Part shown: one piece after another, positions 33,015 through 43,257 of the stretch
How positions within the stretch are numbered: position 1 is the stretch's first letter
How the letters are laid out: each line of letters opens with the position of its first letter
NCBI GenBank assembly: GCA_963695345.1
Contig: OY968769.1
Span: 256,001 to 320,000, forward strand
Source: an uncultured Methanomassiliicoccales archaeon
GTDB lineage: Archaea; Thermoplasmatota; Thermoplasmata; Methanomassiliicoccales; UBA472
Length of the DNA: 64,000 nucleotides
Reading direction: 5' to 3'
The notes under the pieces: model-generated
Databases searched by the model: none
Told to the model about the DNA's origin: nothing
What the model saw: the letters and a program-made list of their open reading frames with translations, nothing else
Translations under genes and position numbers: made by a program

Positions 33015-33902
33015 TCACTTCTTTATATGGGTCTCTTTCTTTGTCGCGGTGACTTTGGACGGCCTTTTGGTCGGTTTGGCCTTTTCTGCCTTCGGTTCCG
33101 GACCCTTGGTTGGGACGGGAGAGTCGAGCGCCTTGACCAAGATGTCGCCCAGCGCGTCCGACATCTTCCTCAGCTCCAACACCCTGGACTCAAGCTCCCT
33201 TCTGGAGATAATCTTGGGCCGGTCCTTGTTGACGCTGTAGGCGACGGAACCGTCGGTGAACGCCACGAATTCGACATGGGCTATGCTGTTCCGCAGCTGC
33301 CGGTCGCAGGCCCCTGAAACAATATCGAGGCCGTTGTCCTGGAGGAAGCGGAGCTTGTTCGCCAGGCTGTCCTCGGAGATGGCGTCCATCTCGGACGTCC
33401 CGGGCCGGCAGAAGCCGACGTCATACCGATGGCCGGACTTGGACAGCAATATGGTCAGGATGTTCAGCTGGGTGGTGTATATTCCCTCCACCAGCATGAG
33501 GTAGTAGTGGAGCATCAGCCGGGTCTCCTCCTCCGGGGTACGGGAATCGATGTCGTTCCCGTACTTCGTCATCAGGATGTAGTACTCGGTGGTGTTGTGC
33601 ATCTTGGCCTGCATCTGCGGCAACATCTGGCCCTGGATATGCTCGAGCACCTCCGGGTCCTTGACCTTGGCGAACAGGCCGGTCACCTTCGGGGTGATGG
33701 CCTTGCTCATCCCGGGATCCACCGGAGGGATCACCCGGTCCCAGCTGGCCTCGACGGAGGCGTCCCTCTGCCCTTCGTCCAACTGCGAATAGCGCTCATA
33801 ATCGGCCAAGCTTATGGCCTTCAACCTGGCCTCGAACAGCCGCCTTCTGAGCGAGCTTATGCTGACGCTTAGACCGTTACTAGACTGCATCCTATCCCGC
33901 AA
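33015..33902 (-). CDS. hypothetical protein with a HEPN-like RxxxxH motif
   Basis: Long ORF with typical codon usage; LRNSIAH motif; K/P-rich C-terminal tail. Confidence 0.6.
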   Translation of the reverse strand: MRDRMQSSNGLSVSISSLRRRLFEARLKAISLADYERYSQLDEGQRDASVEASWDRVIPPVDPGMSKAITPKVTGLFAKVKDPEVLEHIQGQMLPQMQAKMHNTTEYYILMTKYGNDIDSRTPEEETRLMLHYYLMLVEGIYTTQLNILTILLSKSGHRYDVGFCRPGTSEMDAISEDSLANKLRFLQDNGLDIVSGACDRQLRNSIAHVEFVAFTDGSVAYSVNKDRPKIISRRELESRVLELRKMSDALGDILVKALDSPVPTKGPEPKAEKAKPTKRPSKVTATKKETHIKK

Positions 33903-34053
33903 GGATATGACCCGTTTGGGTTATGACCTTATCTGGACAAATTATCAGATCGGCAACGTCGCTGAATCTAACTATTGACGATGGACCTAGCATTTCACCA
34001 TATCGACCAGTATATCACCATTCCCCCATGATGGCCTTTTGGATCAAGCACCA

Positions 34054-34640
34054 TCAGCCCTCCTTCTCCTCAACAGCAGGAAACCGACAAACCCCAAGAC
34101 CCCGATCGCCGCCAGAACTGACACTATGATCAACCTCTCGGCCGGTGTAAGGGCCGCCGATCTTGACCACCGGTATCCCTATCGTCGAGACGACCGCGTT
34201 GGTCAGTGTCCTTTCCGGCACCGACGGGAAATAGACCGTGGCGAAGTTGACGATCACCGTTCCCTCCGGGGCATCCCCATTCACATTGATGCTTAAGTTG
34301 GCATATCCGCCCTGCTTGGGTCCCAGCTCCCCCACCTGCCAGGTGATCGTCCTGGTGGCTTGATCGTAGACACCGGGGCCGGAGATCTGAACGCCGGACG
34401 TGACATTGTGCACCGTCCCTATGATCAGGGAAGACGGGTCGAGCGAATCCGGAAGGACATCGGTGAAGTATACACCGTAAGCCGTTCCATTCCCCACATT
34501 CTCACATTCGATGCGGTATTCCATCTTCTGGCCGGCGCTGACATTCCCCTCCGGTCCGGTCATCATATTCGGATCCTTGGCTATGTGCAGAAGGTGCCAG
34601 AAGGCACTACCGATCGACCCCCCCAATCCGCCCCAGCCTC
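34054..34640 (-). pseudogene. fragment of a large surface protein (DUF11-like Ig domain plus the start of a PKD-like domain)
   Basis: DPN..GP..V..GQ.MEYRI..ENVG.GTA.GV..TDVLP...ITW.VGEL, ending at GGPYTG; no signal peptide or anchor. Confidence 0.6.
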
Positions 34641-34743
34641 CCGATCCGGTGTCGATGCCGCTTTTCCGATAAAATCTCCGAAGCATTTAGCAAGTCAATG
34701 TTTATTTCGTGAAATCGCTATCATCCCTTGGGATGCATTCGAA

Positions 34744-35958
34744 TTGAAACGAAGAACGGTAGTAATACTCATTTTCTTCGTCGTTGCCGCATTGGTCATT
34801 CTGGCGACGGTCAAGCCATTGCCCAGTGTCGCAGAGAATGGTAAGGAAGCTGCGGCATCGGTGAAGACCCTATACTGTGATTCCAACGTCGCCACCGTCG
34901 GCCTCAATGGGTCATGCTCAGATATATTGCAGCTCAACGGGGCGGTAATCATCATCCATGAGACCAATTTCACCGGAACGGCAAGTAGTATTTCGTGGAC
35001 GATCGGGTCGAATGAGTGGCAAGGTTCTGTGCGCAATATCGGGGCCATCAATCTCACACTGACCATCGTCGACATTGACGGTGATCGAATGATGGATCTG
35101 GGCGACCGTATCGAGGTAAGGAGGGATGGCCGCACCAACGTTTCCCTGTCGCTGTTCTTCGATATCAGGTTCGCTGGAGGCCAGGAGGCTAACTGCACCT
35201 TCACCTACCAAGGGAAGGACACAATAGCCACCATGGTCAGCTTCATTGATGTGGGGCAGGGCGATTCGATCCTGATCATGACCGCTGACGGTCATACCAT
35301 GCTGATCGACGCCGGACCGCCGCTGGCGGCCGGGGCGCTGCTCTCTTACCTGAACAACCGGTCGGTAACGGTCATCGATGCCCTCGTGATCACCCATCCC
35401 GACTCCGACCACCTGGGAGGGGCGGACGATGTGCTCAGGGCTTTCACCGTGCTTTCCATCTACCATCCCGGTATCGCGAAGAACACCTCCGCTTACTTTT
35501 CGTTCATCCATGCGGCACAGGACGAGGGTTGCCCTATCCATACCGCTGCCGACACCCATCCGGGCGACCTTCTCACGCTCTCTTCCTCAGTTACCGTCGA
35601 GGTCCTGAACATCGATCCGGCCGCTAAGGACGTCAACGATGCGAGCATCGTGCTGGAGATGCGTACGCCGGGCAAAAGCTTCCTGTTCACCGGCGACATC
35701 AGCAGTGAGGTGGAAGGCAGGCTCATCGCCAACCATTCCTTCAATCTCGATGTCGACGTTTTGAAGGTTGGACACCATGGCAGCAGGTATTCCACCAGCA
35801 ATGCCTTCCTGGAAGCCGCCAGTCCAGAGACGGCGGTTATATGCGTTGGAGATAACACCTACGGGCATCCCACCAACGAGACCCTGACCAGGCTTTCCGT
35901 CCATGACGTCACCGTCCTACGGACCGACCAGATAGGAACGATAGATATCGCCGCATAG
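34744..35958 (+). CDS. membrane-anchored ComEC/Rec2-type metallo-beta-lactamase fold hydrolase
   Basis: N-terminal TM; FIDVGQGDS, LIDAG, THPDSDHLGG, FTGD, KVGHHGS, NTYGHP, RTD motifs. Confidence 0.88.
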   Translation: MKRRTVVILIFFVVAALVILATVKPLPSVAENGKEAAASVKTLYCDSNVATVGLNGSCSDILQLNGAVIIIHETNFTGTASSISWTIGSNEWQGSVRNIGAINLTLTIVDIDGDRMMDLGDRIEVRRDGRTNVSLSLFFDIRFAGGQEANCTFTYQGKDTIATMVSFIDVGQGDSILIMTADGHTMLIDAGPPLAAGALLSYLNNRSVTVIDALVITHPDSDHLGGADDVLRAFTVLSIYHPGIAKNTSAYFSFIHAAQDEGCPIHTAADTHPGDLLTLSSSVTVEVLNIDPAAKDVNDASIVLEMRTPGKSFLFTGDISSEVEGRLIANHSFNLDVDVLKVGHHGSRYSTSNAFLEAASPETAVICVGDNTYGHPTNETLTRLSVHDVTVLRTDQIGTIDIAA

Positions 35959-36697
35959 CTGTGAACACAACTCTAAAATCAGCACCCCATGGTTCGCCCG
36001 GAAAGTAGATGAGGAGAGAGGTGAAGGAGGCCATTGCTGGTGTTCTGCTCATCATTTCATTTCTTTCGTTGATCTGGTGCAACGGTCGGAACCTACCCGG
36101 TCCAGCTTCTCCTTTCTTCTGTTCATGACCCTACCTGGGTCAATGGTGTTAATAAGCATGATAGCGCTTGTTTCACATTCGAGACCGGATGGAGGATGTC
36201 GGGTATGGAGGATGAGTGGACCGTCGCGACCCTGTTCTAGCCAGAGATGCTTTTCTACAGGCACATGACGAACCATGAACGGGATCGGGCAGATGAGGAA
36301 ACGGATCTGGAAAGGGATGATGGGTACTACCGTTACGACAATGATTGACTTCTAGGAACCATAATATTGTTGGACCTTCGGGTCTTGATTACCCGCATTT
36401 CTCGCTCAATCGTTGAACATTCCTTTATGATTGCGGACCTTGCGAAGCACTGACATTACCTGGATCCATTCGAACATCACTACTTTTTGTTAACGGAGGG
36501 GCTGGACGCTCGATGCAGCCTAAGGCAAGAACGCCGTGTGGTCTCGGAAATGTACAACACTGAGAACCGACACGAATGAGACATCCGATTTGGGAAATCT
36601 CGACATTGTTTCAACGGTCGTTGAGGAAAGAAAGAGGAAAGAGCAATCTATAAGTCCGTCGGCGTCAAATATTTCTAACAGCAACAAGGGTGAGCAA

Positions 36698-36967
36698 ATG
36701 AAATTCATATATCTGGTCAAGTTTAAGAAGAAGGTCACTAGGGACGACATAGCCCAGAACCTGAAGCTGTCCGAGAAAGAAGCGATCAATGAAGGCGTAA
36801 GAATGATCGACGCTTACTGGACCCTTGGTCGCTACGAAGCGGTGGTCATCATGGACGCTCCAGATGAAAAGGCGATCATGAGGACATTGCTAAGACGGCA
36901 GGATAGCATGACAGTCGAGACCCTGGTCGCGATTCCGGCGGTTGATGCAAGGAAGCTTGTAGAGTAA
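36698..36967 (+). CDS. GYD domain protein
   Basis: YWTLGRYE...APDE...ETLVA pattern; RBS GGTGA. Confidence 0.8.
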   Translation: MKFIYLVKFKKKVTRDDIAQNLKLSEKEAINEGVRMIDAYWTLGRYEAVVIMDAPDEKAIMRTLLRRQDSMTVETLVAIPAVDARKLVE

Positions 36968-37137
36968 CTCCGAAAATGCCTTCTTACTGATCCAAAGAAA
37001 GCGCTGGAATCTGTTAATAACGTTCGTACCTAGACGGACCGATAGATCAGAGCTCGACATCGGCTGCATTTCTTCCGCCTAGGCTCATGAACCAACAAAG
37101 AGTCAAAATTAATATCGACATGACTTACCTTTGGAGG

Positions 37138-38017
37138 ATGAACCCGGACCACTGCAAGGACGTTTCGCTGCGCCACGTCGATTTCCCCCTTACCGAAGAG
37201 AACATCTCCAGGGACATTGTCGGGAAGAAGGCCTACACCCGAACCGATTTCATGATACTGAAACACGGGGACGAGGTCGCGGTCATAAATGTGATCAAAG
37301 GCACAAGGTAAGGACCTTTTCCGGCCCATCACCGATCACAGGATAGTCTCACTTCCAGCGGATACGGTCTACTTGCGGGACGAAGGGATCGATGTGCTGA
37401 ACGCGTCGCACATGGCGCGCAAGGTGAGGGAGCACCCGGGTAAGACCGTGGTGGTTTCGGGAATGTTCAACCACGTGTCGTTCCTGCAGGAGGAGAACCT
37501 GCTGGACCTGTTCGTGGTGGATGTGGTCCCGCCCTCACCCTCAAAGCTATCGGTGCTGGTCGAGCGGGCGTTCTCAACCGGACTGGTGGAATTGCCGATC
37601 GTGCCGCATTACCAGGACATCGACCTGAACGAGCTGGAAGGAAATGTGGGAACCGAAGCGGTGATGTTCCCCTGCAGAGCGTCCGGGCTGGAATCCAAAC
37701 GCGAGGTCTACTTCCTGGACGAGACCCCTGATCTCAAGGAAGAGGTTACTCTCATAGGGTGCGACCTGTCGAGGAGGATCTTCAACTCGATCTACAGAAA
37801 GGAACCTACCTCCCTGGACATGTGCCCCCGGAACCTGGCGGTGATGAAAGGAAAGACACTGGTGAAATGCTGTGCCGTGAAGGAAGGTTTCGTGATCGAT
37901 GGACAGATGGCGTCAGTGCCTTGGGGGGCGACGGTGCTTGACGTGGTCGGAGCCATCAACTCTCTTTTCGGACACCGACCTTACGGCCCGCTTGTGCTCG
38001 GACGGGCGGACCCCTGA
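37138..38017 (+). CDS. Cys-containing hypothetical protein; apparent frameshift near 37305
   Basis: ORFs 37087-37311 and 37373-38017 join; FPCRAS, IGC, DMCP and KCC motifs. Confidence 0.65.
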
Positions 38018-38455
38018 GAGCTGCCTGGCCTTTTTCAGGGCGGCGAATCCCTCCTCTTTCCTGCCGGTCTTCATCAGGACCTCGCCGTAGACGTACCAGG
38101 CGTCCGCGTCGTCCGGCTCGATCTCGAAATGTCCCTCGAGCCAGGATATGGCACCGATGAGATCGTCCCTGGCGATCATGTCCCTGGCCCTCTGGGCCGC
38201 GGTCTTCTCGGAAAGGATCTTCGCCTTCATCGCGTCCATGATCTCCTCCTTGACCACATCCAGCGCGTGGACGGAAAGCCACGGGTATTTCACCGAGAGG
38301 TTTTCCCGCAGCTCCTCCCACCTTTCCGGCACAAGATGGAAGGTCCGGTCCCGGAAAACGGAGTAAGGTACGTTGATGACCATCTTGCCATGGCATACTG
38401 GCAGGAAGTTCGGGTTCTCCGACGGACGCTCAACCCCTCGGTTTGGGATGGCCAT
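37913..38455 (-). CDS. TPR-containing protein
   Basis: EPDDADAWYVYGEVLMKTGRKEEG TPR unit. Confidence 0.7.
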   Translation of the reverse strand: MAIPNRGVERPSENPNFLPVCHGKMVINVPYSVFRDRTFHLVPERWEELRENLSVKYPWLSVHALDVVKEEIMDAMKAKILSEKTAAQRARDMIARDDLIGAISWLEGHFEIEPDDADAWYVYGEVLMKTGRKEEGFAALKKARQLSGVRPSEHKRAVRSVSEKRVDGSDHVKHRRPPRH

Positions 38456-38549
38456 GCGCCATAAAAATGAGGAGTCAATATTAGCGTTTTGCTGCTCGAT
38501 CAGGGTAGTTCACGAAAGAATAATTATCACGGTCGAATTAGGGATTCGC

Positions 38550-39710
38550 ATGGACATGATCGCCCTCGGGCCGCACAACCCCAGACTGGACATCAAGGAT
38601 GTCGTAGTATACGATTCGACCTTGAGGGATGGGGAACAGACGCCCGGGATCGTCTTCAGCGAGGAGCAGAAGCTCACCATCGCCCGCAAGCTGGACGAAA
38701 TGCATGTCCCAGAGATCGAGGCAGGATTCCCCGCCGTTTCCGAGAACGAGAAGAACATCGTCAAGGCCATCACCTCGCTTGGTCTCGACGCCCGGATATT
38801 GACACTTTCCCGGATCAACAGATCGGACATCGATGCCTGCGTCGATGCCGGTTCGGACCTGGCCCTTCTGTTCATAGGGACTTCGGACATCCACCTGAAG
38901 TACAAGTTCAACAAGCCCCAGGAGTTCGTCCTGGAAAAGATCGCGGAAGGGCTTGACTACTGCCATGAAAGGGGGATCGCCGCGGCACTTTCCGCAGAGG
39001 ATTCGACCCGCACGGATATGGATTTCCTGCTCGAGGTCTATCGGAAGGCAGAAGAGTGTCACGCGACCCGGATCGGGGTCACGGACACATTGGGATGTGC
39101 CTCACCAGAGGCCATATTCAATATCGTCACCACGGTCAAGGCCCAATTGAGGACTCCCGTCTCGGTGCATCTGCACAACGATTTCGGACTGGCGCTGGCA
39201 AACGCGATCGCCGGCGTCAAGGCGGGGGCGAAGGCCGTCACCACCACGGTCAACGGCATCGGCGAGCGCGCGGGGAACGTCCCGTTAGAACAGTTCGTCT
39301 CGTCCATGAAGTATGTCTACCGCTGCGACCTGGGCATCGATACCACCAAGCTCAAGGGGCTTTCCGACCTGGTCAGCGAGTACTCCGGTCTGGGGTTACC
39401 GAAGAATCAGCCTCTGGTAGGCCAGAACGTATTCTCCCACGAGTCCGGCATACACGTGGCGGCGGTGCTTAACTGTCCCATGACCTACGAGCCGATCCCG
39501 CCGGAGGAGGTCGGTAACAAGCGGCACCTGATCATGGGCAAGAAGACCGGCCTGAACTACGTACGCAAGCGCGTCGAGGACCTCAAGCTGAGCGCCACCG
39601 AGGAACAGCTGGCCAAGCTGCTATGCGAAGTGAAGAAGCTCGGGGAGAAGAAGGGACGGGTCTCCGATGAGGAGTTCAGGCACCTGGTGTCCATGGTCCT
39701 GAACGGATGA
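38550..39710 (+). CDS. homocitrate synthase/isopropylmalate synthase family protein without regulatory domain (AksA-like)
   Basis: DSTLRDGEQ, EAGFP, HLHNDFG, NGIGERAGN, HESGIH; about 386 aa. Confidence 0.85.
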   Translation: MDMIALGPHNPRLDIKDVVVYDSTLRDGEQTPGIVFSEEQKLTIARKLDEMHVPEIEAGFPAVSENEKNIVKAITSLGLDARILTLSRINRSDIDACVDAGSDLALLFIGTSDIHLKYKFNKPQEFVLEKIAEGLDYCHERGIAAALSAEDSTRTDMDFLLEVYRKAEECHATRIGVTDTLGCASPEAIFNIVTTVKAQLRTPVSVHLHNDFGLALANAIAGVKAGAKAVTTTVNGIGERAGNVPLEQFVSSMKYVYRCDLGIDTTKLKGLSDLVSEYSGLGLPKNQPLVGQNVFSHESGIHVAAVLNCPMTYEPIPPEEVGNKRHLIMGKKTGLNYVRKRVEDLKLSATEEQLAKLLCEVKKLGEKKGRVSDEEFRHLVSMVLNG

Positions 39711-39716
39711 AGCGGT

Positions 39717-40487
39717 TTACAGCCTTACCTGTTGGCCCGCCTCGTTCCGGCGGAACTTGCCGAACTCGATCATCCTCTGCGCCTGCTCGCCGGTGAACAC
39801 CGGCCCGTCGACGCATACCCTCTTCTCGTCCAGGGCACACGATCCGCAAAGACCGGCACCGCATTTCATGTAGCGTTCAAGAGAGAGCTCGCACTTGATG
39901 CTGTGCCTCTGCAGAAGCGGGAGCAGATAGAACATCATCTTCTCCGGACCGCAAGCCAGAACGAAATCGTAGCTTTTCTGGGAAAGCATGTCGGCCACCA
40001 GGTCGACGGCCGTTCCCTTCAGCCCGTCCGTCCCGTCGTCGGTCGACGTGCGCACGTTCCCGGAGGCGGCCTTGGCCCGGTCGATGAACAGCAGCTCCGA
40101 GACGTTCCTGGCTCCGATGGCCACGTCCACCCGTGATGGGTCACCGATGGCCTCCACCGCCGGCAGCAGCGATGCCATGCCGGTGCCGCCGCCTACCACC
40201 AGTATCCTTCCGTCGTGGATGGTGTAGCCGTGCCCATACGGACCGCGCACTCCGATCCTGTCACCCGAACGGAGGTTGCACAAAGCCTTCGTCGCTGGTC
40301 CCACCTCCTTTACCGTGATGCCTTTCCGGCCGTCGCAGTACGAGGCGGACATGGGGATCTCGTCAACGCCCGGTAGCCAGACCATGAAGAACTGACCCGG
40401 CGCTACCTTGTGGCGATACTCGAAACGGAGCGTTCTGACGCCTTTGCCCACTTCTTCCGATTGCAGAATGTCCACAATCTCAGGCAT
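39717..40487 (-). CDS. pyrK: dihydroorotate dehydrogenase electron transfer subunit
   Basis: PGQFFMVW, GPYGHG, GGGTG, ACGP, CGAGLCGSC...VCVDGPVF. Confidence 0.92.
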   Translation of the reverse strand: MPEIVDILQSEEVGKGVRTLRFEYRHKVAPGQFFMVWLPGVDEIPMSASYCDGRKGITVKEVGPATKALCNLRSGDRIGVRGPYGHGYTIHDGRILVVGGGTGMASLLPAVEAIGDPSRVDVAIGARNVSELLFIDRAKAASGNVRTSTDDGTDGLKGTAVDLVADMLSQKSYDFVLACGPEKMMFYLLPLLQRHSIKCELSLERYMKCGAGLCGSCALDEKRVCVDGPVFTGEQAQRMIEFGKFRRNEAGQQVRL

Positions 40488-41407
40488 GTTCGTGCGCCAC
40501 CCCCACAAGTCCCTGTATGCCGCCGCATCGCTCCTGTTCCACATATCTTTCCAGCCCCGCGGTGATCTCGGAGAACACGCCGATGCCGCGCCTTCCGATG
40601 GCGCTTCCGATCTGGACCGCGCTCGCACCGGCCATTATGTATTCGAGCGCATCCCTCCAGGTCTCTACTCCGCCAACTCCCGACGATCGGTATCTCCAGG
40701 GCGGCGTACAGATCGAACACGCAGCGCAGCCCGACCGGCTTCACCGCCGGACCGGAAAGGCCGCCGAACCGGTTGCTGAGGACCGGTCGCTTGAACTCGA
40801 CCGAGATGACGATGGCCTTGAGCGTGTTGATCGCCACGACCGCGTCACCGCCGGCCTTCTCCACCGCCTTGCCGACCTCCACCAGCCGGTGCGTGTTCGG
40901 GGTCAGCTTGGCGAACACGGGAATCGTGACCGCGTCCTTGCAGCCCTTCACGATGGCCGACACTACCTCCGGGTCGATCCCCATCTCCATTCCGTATCCA
41001 TGAGCATGCGGACAGGACAGGTTCAGCTCCACCGCCGATGCCCCGTACTCTTCCATCTTAGAACTCAAGAAAGCGAAGTCCTTGGCACTGGAAGCGAAGA
41101 TCGATCCGATGATCGGGACGTTGCCCTTCTTCGCCGTTTCCATCTCGATGCGGAAATCGTCGATCCCCGGACCGGGCAGGCCCATGGCGTTAACGTAACC
41201 GTCTTCGAGCTCGACCAGGGTCGGGTTGCCGTACCCGCTCCGCGGCTCCATGCCGATGGACTTGGTGACCAGCGCCCCTGCGCCGGCGGAGGCGACGCTG
41301 AGCAGCGAACCGCCGGTCTCGCCCACCATACCGGACGCCAGCATGGTCGGGTTCTTCAAACGAACGCCGGCCACATCGACCTGCAACGAGGACATGATGG
41401 TGGGCAT
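40480..41407 (-). CDS. pyrD: dihydroorotate dehydrogenase (family 1B); frameshift near 40680
   Basis: NPTMLASG, VTKS, ELNLSCPH, AKLTPN, GGLSG; continues to AVQIGS in the shifted frame. Confidence 0.92.
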
Positions 41408-41464
41408 AGCCTCTGGACTAATAACATCTTCGCCATTTGAAAGCCAGCGCCCTTACGGCGTCTT

Positions 41465-41911
41465 TCAGGTCGGCCTTATGGGTGCTCCGACAACGCATTG
41501 GTCGACGCGTTCATCGATAGCCGGCGGTGCCTCCGACCCCCTCCCCTTCTTGACCAGGTATTCCCGGATGGCCATGCGCAATGCGTCCGCCCCCAGGTTG
41601 GAGCATTCCATCTTCCCTGGTGGCAATCCATCCAACGCATTCGCCACATCCTCCCGGGTCAGCTGCAGTGCCTGCTTCAGGGTCATCCCCTTGGCCATCT
41701 CGGTGACCTTGCTCGATGTGGCGATGGCGGCCGCGCATCCCATGGTCTTGAACTTAACATCGGTGAGCACGTCGTTCTCCACCCTGATGTAGATGTGGAC
41801 CAGGTCCCCGTCGGCCGGGTTGCCCACCTTGCCGACGCCGTCGGCATCCGGTATCTCCCCCACGTTCCTCGGGTTCGTGAAATGGTCCAGTACTTTGCGC
41901 GAATAGCCCAT
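41465..41911 (-). CDS. iscU: IscU/NifU-type scaffold, atypical (two ligand substitutions)
   Basis: YS.KVLDHF.NPRNVG, GCAAAIA, LPPGKMECSNL; first Cys replaced by Asp. Confidence 0.9.
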   Translation of the reverse strand: MGYSRKVLDHFTNPRNVGEIPDADGVGKVGNPADGDLVHIYIRVENDVLTDVKFKTMGCAAAIATSSKVTEMAKGMTLKQALQLTREDVANALDGLPPGKMECSNLGADALRMAIREYLVKKGRGSEAPPAIDERVDQCVVGAPIRPT

Positions 41912-41912
41912 G

Positions 41913-43082
41913 CTAGCACACCTTCTCCCTGTAGATTGGGGACATCTCCCTTAATTTCTTTACCACTGAAGGAGCCACTTCGAGGAAGCGCTCGATCTCG
42001 TCCATCGTGTTGAACTTGGACAGGCTGGCCCGGAGCGAGCCGTGCATCTGCTCGTTCTTCAGGCCCAAGGCCGATAGGACGTGTGAAGGACCGGTCGTCC
42101 TGGAGGAACAGGCCGAGCCGGTCGAGACGCAGAAGCCCTTCTGGTCCAGGAGCATCAGCAGCGACTCGCCCTCTACCCCATCGAACCGGAAATGGGCGTT
42201 GTTGCAAAGCCTTTCGGTCGGATGCCCGTTCAGGTGGGCATCCGGGATCTCGGACAATACGCCCTCGATCATCCTGTCCCGCATCCTGGTTATCCTGGCC
42301 ACGTCCTTGTCGAACTCGGCCATTCCCAATTCGATCGCCTTTCCCATGCCCACGATGCCCGGGATGTTCTCCGTGGATGACCGGAGACCGCGCTCCTGAC
42401 CGCCGCCATAGACCAGTGGCCTTACCTTGAGGCCTTTCTTCAGAAACAGAGCGCCGATCCCTTTCGGGGCATGGAACTTGTGGCCGGACATGGAAAGCAT
42501 GTCGATGCTGTCCTTGACCACGTCGGTCCGCACCTTTGTGATGGACTGGACCGCGTCCGTATGGAAGACCGCCCCCCTGTCATGGGCGATCTCCGCGATC
42601 GCTTTGATGGGTTCGATCGTGCCTATCTCGTTATTCGCGGCCATGACCGAAACGATCAAGGTCTTTCCGGTGACCGCCCCCTTGACCTGCTCCAGGTCGA
42701 CCAGGCCGAACTCGTCGACGGGCAGATACGTGACCTTGAAACCTTCCCGCTCCAGGAACTCGCAGGTGTTCAGTATGGCGTGGTGCTCGATCCTGCTGGT
42801 GACGATATGATTTCCCCTCTTCCGGTTGGCGAAGGCGTATCCCTGCAGGGCCAAGTTGTCCGCCTCCGTGCCCCCGCCGGTGAACACGATCTCTCCAGGC
42901 ACTGAGCCGATCGCCCCTGCCACTCTCTCCCTGGCAATGCCCATCGACTCTTCCGCGTCCCTTCCCAGGATATGCAGGCTGGACGGATTGCCATAGCTCT
43001 CCAGGAAGAACGGCTTCATTTCCTCCAGGACCCTCGGGTCGACGCTGGTGGTGGCACTATTGTCGAAATACGTCACGTTCAC
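41913..43082 (-). CDS. iscS: cysteine desulfurase, IscS/NifS type (canonical)
   Basis: DNSATT, GNPSS, EHHA, DAVQ, SGHKFHAPKG, STGSACSS. Confidence 0.95.
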   Translation of the reverse strand: MNVTYFDNSATTSVDPRVLEEMKPFFLESYGNPSSLHILGRDAEESMGIARERVAGAIGSVPGEIVFTGGGTEADNLALQGYAFANRKRGNHIVTSRIEHHAILNTCEFLEREGFKVTYLPVDEFGLVDLEQVKGAVTGKTLIVSVMAANNEIGTIEPIKAIAEIAHDRGAVFHTDAVQSITKVRTDVVKDSIDMLSMSGHKFHAPKGIGALFLKKGLKVRPLVYGGGQERGLRSSTENIPGIVGMGKAIELGMAEFDKDVARITRMRDRMIEGVLSEIPDAHLNGHPTERLCNNAHFRFDGVEGESLLMLLDQKGFCVSTGSACSSRTTGPSHVLSALGLKNEQMHGSLRASLSKFNTMDEIERFLEVAPSVVKKLREMSPIYREKVC

Positions 43083-43257
43083 CGAAAAGCACCTTCTGAT
43101 CGACTATTAACAATCGATAACACACTGTCCGATATAATAAATTGACTGGTCGACCTTCCCGTTGGGTCAAGCTCTGGAGGAATATTCCTCTTGGGACTGT
43201 GGATCTGTTGGCCATTGACGAGCCGTCCCGAACCTGCCTCAACCATCGCCATGGATG

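Noticed and set aside
34360-34743. N-terminal extension of the 532-aa ComEC-like ORF
   Set aside because: It is the antisense shadow of the surface-protein fragment; a TTG at 34744 precedes a proper signal/TM segment.
36050-36350. Tiny ORFs in the intergenic gap (for example a 27-aa acidic peptide near 36265)
   Set aside because: No clear RBS, motif or codon support.
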